A program made the position numbers and the translations under genes. Below are positions 48,657 to 51,774 of a DNA stretch of 51,774 nt, piece by piece. The notes beneath the pieces were generated by a model that worked only from the letters and a program-made list of their open reading frames with translations, was not told the origin of the DNA and searched no databases. The stretch is from Candidatus Desantisbacteria bacterium CG1_02_49_89 (GTDB taxonomy: Bacteria; Desantisbacteria; UBA1551), in NCBI GenBank assembly GCA_001871075.1, contig MNUP01000012.1, positions 1 through 51,774 of the forward strand, given 5' to 3'. Numbering within the stretch: position 1 is the first letter of the stretch; each line of letters starts with the position of its first letter.

Positions 48657-49022
48657 TTAAGCCTGCTTTAAGGCTGGAGCGTCTGCCCATAATAACTCCA
48701 GACTGTAAAATTCTCTGATCTCTTTTAAAAAAATATGCACTATTATAGTCCCGTAATCCAAAAGAACCCAGCTGGCTGAATCGCGGCCTTCCTCGTGCAG
48801 AAGCCTTGCACCACTTTCTTCCATTCTTTCGGATATTGCGTCTGCTATGGCTTTGGCCTGGACGGTTGATTCAGCCGTGCATATAAAAAAATAGTCAGTT
48901 ATCGAAGTAAGACCCTGAAGGCAGAGGATTGAAATATCGGAAGCGAACTTTTCCGAGGCAGCGCTTTGTATTGCGGTCAGTCTATCATTCACAGGCGGGC
49001 CTGTATCCTCGTTATTTAACAA
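48657..49022 (-). CDS. rsfS: Ribosome silencing factor RsfS (Iojap); true start may be GTG 48992
   Basis: EK.A.DI, DYF.ICTA.S..Q.KAIAD, WVLLDYG.IIVHIF...REFY.LE.LWADA. Confidence 0.92.
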   Translation of the reverse strand: MLNNEDTGPPVNDRLTAIQSAASEKFASDISILCLQGLTSITDYFFICTAESTVQAKAIADAISERMEESGARLLHEEGRDSASWVLLDYGTIIVHIFLKEIREFYSLELLWADAPALKQA

Positions 49023-51534
49023 TATGAGGTGTTATGAATATAACGAGGTTAACTTTTGTTTTTGATTTTGAAGTATAACGGAACAGGGCTCCCAGGAGCG
49101 GGATATCACCCAGGAGCGGAACCTTGTATTCAGATGACCTGATCTCGTCCCTTATCAGGCCGCCGACTATCAGCGTCTGGCCGTCATTGATAAGAACGCG
49201 GCTCTTCAGCTGGCGCGTGTTTATGATGGGAACACCCGGAACATCGGCCCCGTATTCATACGTGCTGATCTGGGGATCCAGCTCAAGAATAACAGAACTT
49301 GCTCCGCTAATATGGGGGGTAACATTAAGCAACACCCCGACGTCCAAATATACTATTTGCTCGGAACTTGTTATGCTTCCGCCTGCACCCGTGGTAGTTG
49401 AGATTTGTTTATACGGAATCTTCGAGCCAACCTGAATGGAAGCCTGCTGGTTATCCAGGCATACGATCTGAGGCTGCGAAAGTATGTTGAAATCCGTCTT
49501 TGACCTGAATACGTTTATAACAGCTTCCAGGTCCGCGGTGGAGATCGTTATGCCGACACCTGTGCCTTTTTCGGGCGTGAACATTATCTTGCCGGTCACC
49601 GGGCTTCCGCTTTTCCCTATCCGGTTCCATATGGTATTTATATCTTCGCCGCTTGAATTGGAAACTTCAGCAAATTTAACCTCGATTGACACCTGTTTCG
49701 GAGCAAGGTCCAGCTCTTCTATCATCCTGCTTATCACTTCGATATTATCAGGCGCGTCGATCAGGATCAGGGTATTTGAGGGCTCGTCTGCCTGGATCAT
49801 CCCGTCCTTCGAAAGCATTTTTGATATCGTTGTGCTTATCTGGGCAGCCTTGGCATACTTGATCACAAAACTCTTGGTCACATACACCTTTTCATCCTTG
49901 GTTATTTCTCCCGTTTTACCCTTTGCCTCGATCTTCACTATGCGGAATATATTTTCCGCCTGTTTTTCGTAATCATAACCGTATAGTTTCAAAATGATGT
50001 CCAGGGCATCTTTCGGGTCAACGTCATCCAGGTGTATTGTCACCTTGCCCTTCACCTCTTCTGTCCCTATAATATTGATCTTCGCCTTTTTTGCGAGAAT
50101 TCTTATGATATCTCCGATCTCTGCTTCCCTGAAATCAAGCGATACGGCTTCTTTTTTTGGCACTGCGGGAACTACCTGCGGGGCAGCTTCAGGTATCGTG
50201 CCCTCTTCAGCTTTCAGCTGGCCTGCAGCCTCCTGTTTCCCTGCATCCGGAACTTTTTTTTCTTCTGCCGGTGCTGCCTCTGCCCGGACTGATCCTGCAG
50301 GCTCTTCAGTTTTTTTATACGTAGTATACGCGGTATCGGAAAGACTGACAATTATCGAGCTGTTCTCTTTTGTCACGTTTACTTTCTGGGGTATTTTTGT
50401 AAGCTCAAAAACGATCCTTGTTTCCGGATTTGGCCTGCCTTCATACTGCGCGGCCCTTATTTCCCTGAGCATCTGACGGTTGACCTGCACAGTCCTTTTT
50501 TCAGAAACAACAGTGCCGGACAGATCTATTACAAGCCTTGGCGGATTGTTCAGCGTAAAATTCTTGTATGAAACAGGGTTGCTCAGATTTATCCTTACTG
50601 TCACGCCTTCCGCCGTTTCGCTTACCAGCAGCCCGCGCAGCATACTCTCGCCTTTTTTAAGCGGGATGTAAGGAAACTTCACGGATATATCCTCTCCTGT
50701 AACAGCACTTCCCTTCGTTTCAAGAGGAAGGACCTGCGCTGCTTCCACAGGCGCAACCGCTTCAACCACGGGCGGAACCTCCTGCACTTTTTCAGCGGGA
50801 ACCTCTTCTTTCTTAACCTCTATCTGTGGTGTTTCCGCTACGGCAACCGGCGGAACGACTTCTTTGGGTTCGGCTTCAGCAACTGTGGCTACCGGAGTAA
50901 CTTCCGCGGTTGCGGCTGCGGCCGCATTCTGCACTTCGGCAGGAACGGACTCAGCGGACGCTACCGCCTGGGTAACAACGGCAGCAGGCTCCACGGCCAT
51001 GTTTTCCTTCGGTTGTTCTGTAATTTCAACAGGTGGATTTTCCGCTTCAGGGACCTGGGGCTCCACTTCTACGGCTTCTGCCGGGGCTGCCTCAACCTCT
51101 ACCACCGCTTCTTCAACAGCCTGTTTTACCGCAAAACTAACAGAAATGCTGGTGCCGCTTTGGGAAGCCTTGATATCCTGAGGCGAAGCTGCAAGTTCAG
51201 CGGCGATCTGCGCTATTAGCTTGGGGCGTGTTGAGAACTGCGAGACCTTCATTGATTTTATCTCGGGCACATCAACCGAAATCTGCTTTTCGTCGGTTTT
51301 GACTTCGAATAGATTTATTATAATACGCGGCGGGTTTTCAAGAGGGAAATATTTGTAGCTGACGGATTTATCCAGCATTATCTCGATTTTAATCGTCCCG
51401 TTCTCCTGAACGGCTTTAACCGTCTTGATCTCAACCGCTCCGGATGACCCGGAAAAAATAAATTCCATAAATATTGTAATTATTGCTGAACGCAATGAAA
51501 TCAATAAAAAAGCTGCTTTACCGTACTTCTTCAT
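49012..51534 (-). CDS. pilQ: Type IV pilus secretin PilQ-like, two AMIN domains
   Basis: Signal-like N-terminus, two L.NPPR..I.L AMIN repeats, SLDFREA.I.DI, secretin C-domain KVPLLGDIPLLGALFR, L.IFITP.IV. Confidence 0.8.
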   Translation of the reverse strand: MKKYGKAAFLLISLRSAIITIFMEFIFSGSSGAVEIKTVKAVQENGTIKIEIMLDKSVSYKYFPLENPPRIIINLFEVKTDEKQISVDVPEIKSMKVSQFSTRPKLIAQIAAELAASPQDIKASQSGTSISVSFAVKQAVEEAVVEVEAAPAEAVEVEPQVPEAENPPVEITEQPKENMAVEPAAVVTQAVASAESVPAEVQNAAAAATAEVTPVATVAEAEPKEVVPPVAVAETPQIEVKKEEVPAEKVQEVPPVVEAVAPVEAAQVLPLETKGSAVTGEDISVKFPYIPLKKGESMLRGLLVSETAEGVTVRINLSNPVSYKNFTLNNPPRLVIDLSGTVVSEKRTVQVNRQMLREIRAAQYEGRPNPETRIVFELTKIPQKVNVTKENSSIIVSLSDTAYTTYKKTEEPAGSVRAEAAPAEEKKVPDAGKQEAAGQLKAEEGTIPEAAPQVVPAVPKKEAVSLDFREAEIGDIIRILAKKAKINIIGTEEVKGKVTIHLDDVDPKDALDIILKLYGYDYEKQAENIFRIVKIEAKGKTGEITKDEKVYVTKSFVIKYAKAAQISTTISKMLSKDGMIQADEPSNTLILIDAPDNIEVISRMIEELDLAPKQVSIEVKFAEVSNSSGEDINTIWNRIGKSGSPVTGKIMFTPEKGTGVGITISTADLEAVINVFRSKTDFNILSQPQIVCLDNQQASIQVGSKIPYKQISTTTGAGGSITSSEQIVYLDVGVLLNVTPHISGASSVILELDPQISTYEYGADVPGVPIINTRQLKSRVLINDGQTLIVGGLIRDEIRSSEYKVPLLGDIPLLGALFRYTSKSKTKVNLVIFITPHIVK

Positions 51535-51545
51535 TTTAATCCTCC

Positions 51546-51773
51546 TTAATATTTAATACTTAAAAAGATTTCTTTATTTTTCCACAAAAGCTTGATATAA
51601 TCCTTTCCTATCTCGGTTACTCTCGCACCTGCGATCTCCTCGCCTTTCTTTACGATCTTATCCTGTTTTATCTCCTTAGTACTCACATTTATTATTGCAA
51701 GCGAACTTTCACTTTCCGTATATATTATACCGAGGAGAATAAAAGGATAGAGGTTCTTGATCTCCCTTATACT
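51546..51773 (-). CDS. Partial PilP/GspC-like protein (5' end outside window)
   Basis: Manual translation ...LLGIIYTESESSLAIINV...IVKKGEEIAGARVTEIGKDYIKL; stops just before the pilQ SD. Confidence 0.55.
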   Translation of the reverse strand, partial: SIREIKNLYPFILLGIIYTESESSLAIINVSTKEIKQDKIVKKGEEIAGARVTEIGKDYIKLLWKNKEIFLSIKY

Positions 51774-51774
51774 C

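Overview
Core information-processing region of a probably anaerobic, diderm bacterium from an unfamiliar lineage; every gene I can support is on the - strand. In transcription order (right to left): partial PilP-like gene, AMIN-domain PilQ-type secretin, rsfS, tRNA-Ala(GGC), a lipid A/envelope-like cluster (MsbA-like ABC, GT2, lipid-A-disaccharide-synthase-related protein, LpxL-type acyltransferase, DUF3108-like), recR, four-subunit 2-oxoacid:ferredoxin oxidoreductase (gamma-delta-alpha-beta), tRNA-Asn, an unannotated 56-aa basic ORF, lipoate-ligase-family gene, purA, tRNA Thr-Tyr-Gly-Thr, rpmG-tRNA-Trp-secE-nusG-rplKAJL, a single fused 2540-aa rpoB-rpoC ORF, the str, S10, spc (no rpmD) and alpha operons, then directly an rRNA operon (16S-Ile-Ala-23S, truncated by the window edge). 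The most unusual signal is non-coding: six copies of a ~95-175 bp structured element (7/8-nt periodic inverted arms, conserved GACCGCAATTTCGC-like core, short perfect hairpin) sit flush against the 3' ends of six tRNA genes that lack an encoded CCA, and are absent from the two CCA-encoding tRNAs. Two tRNAs also have upstream duplications of their own 5' ends. Other periodic or palindromic elements overlap the ends of purA and porB, and several rRNA helices are expanded. All calls were made by eye, with no database searches or folding runs.
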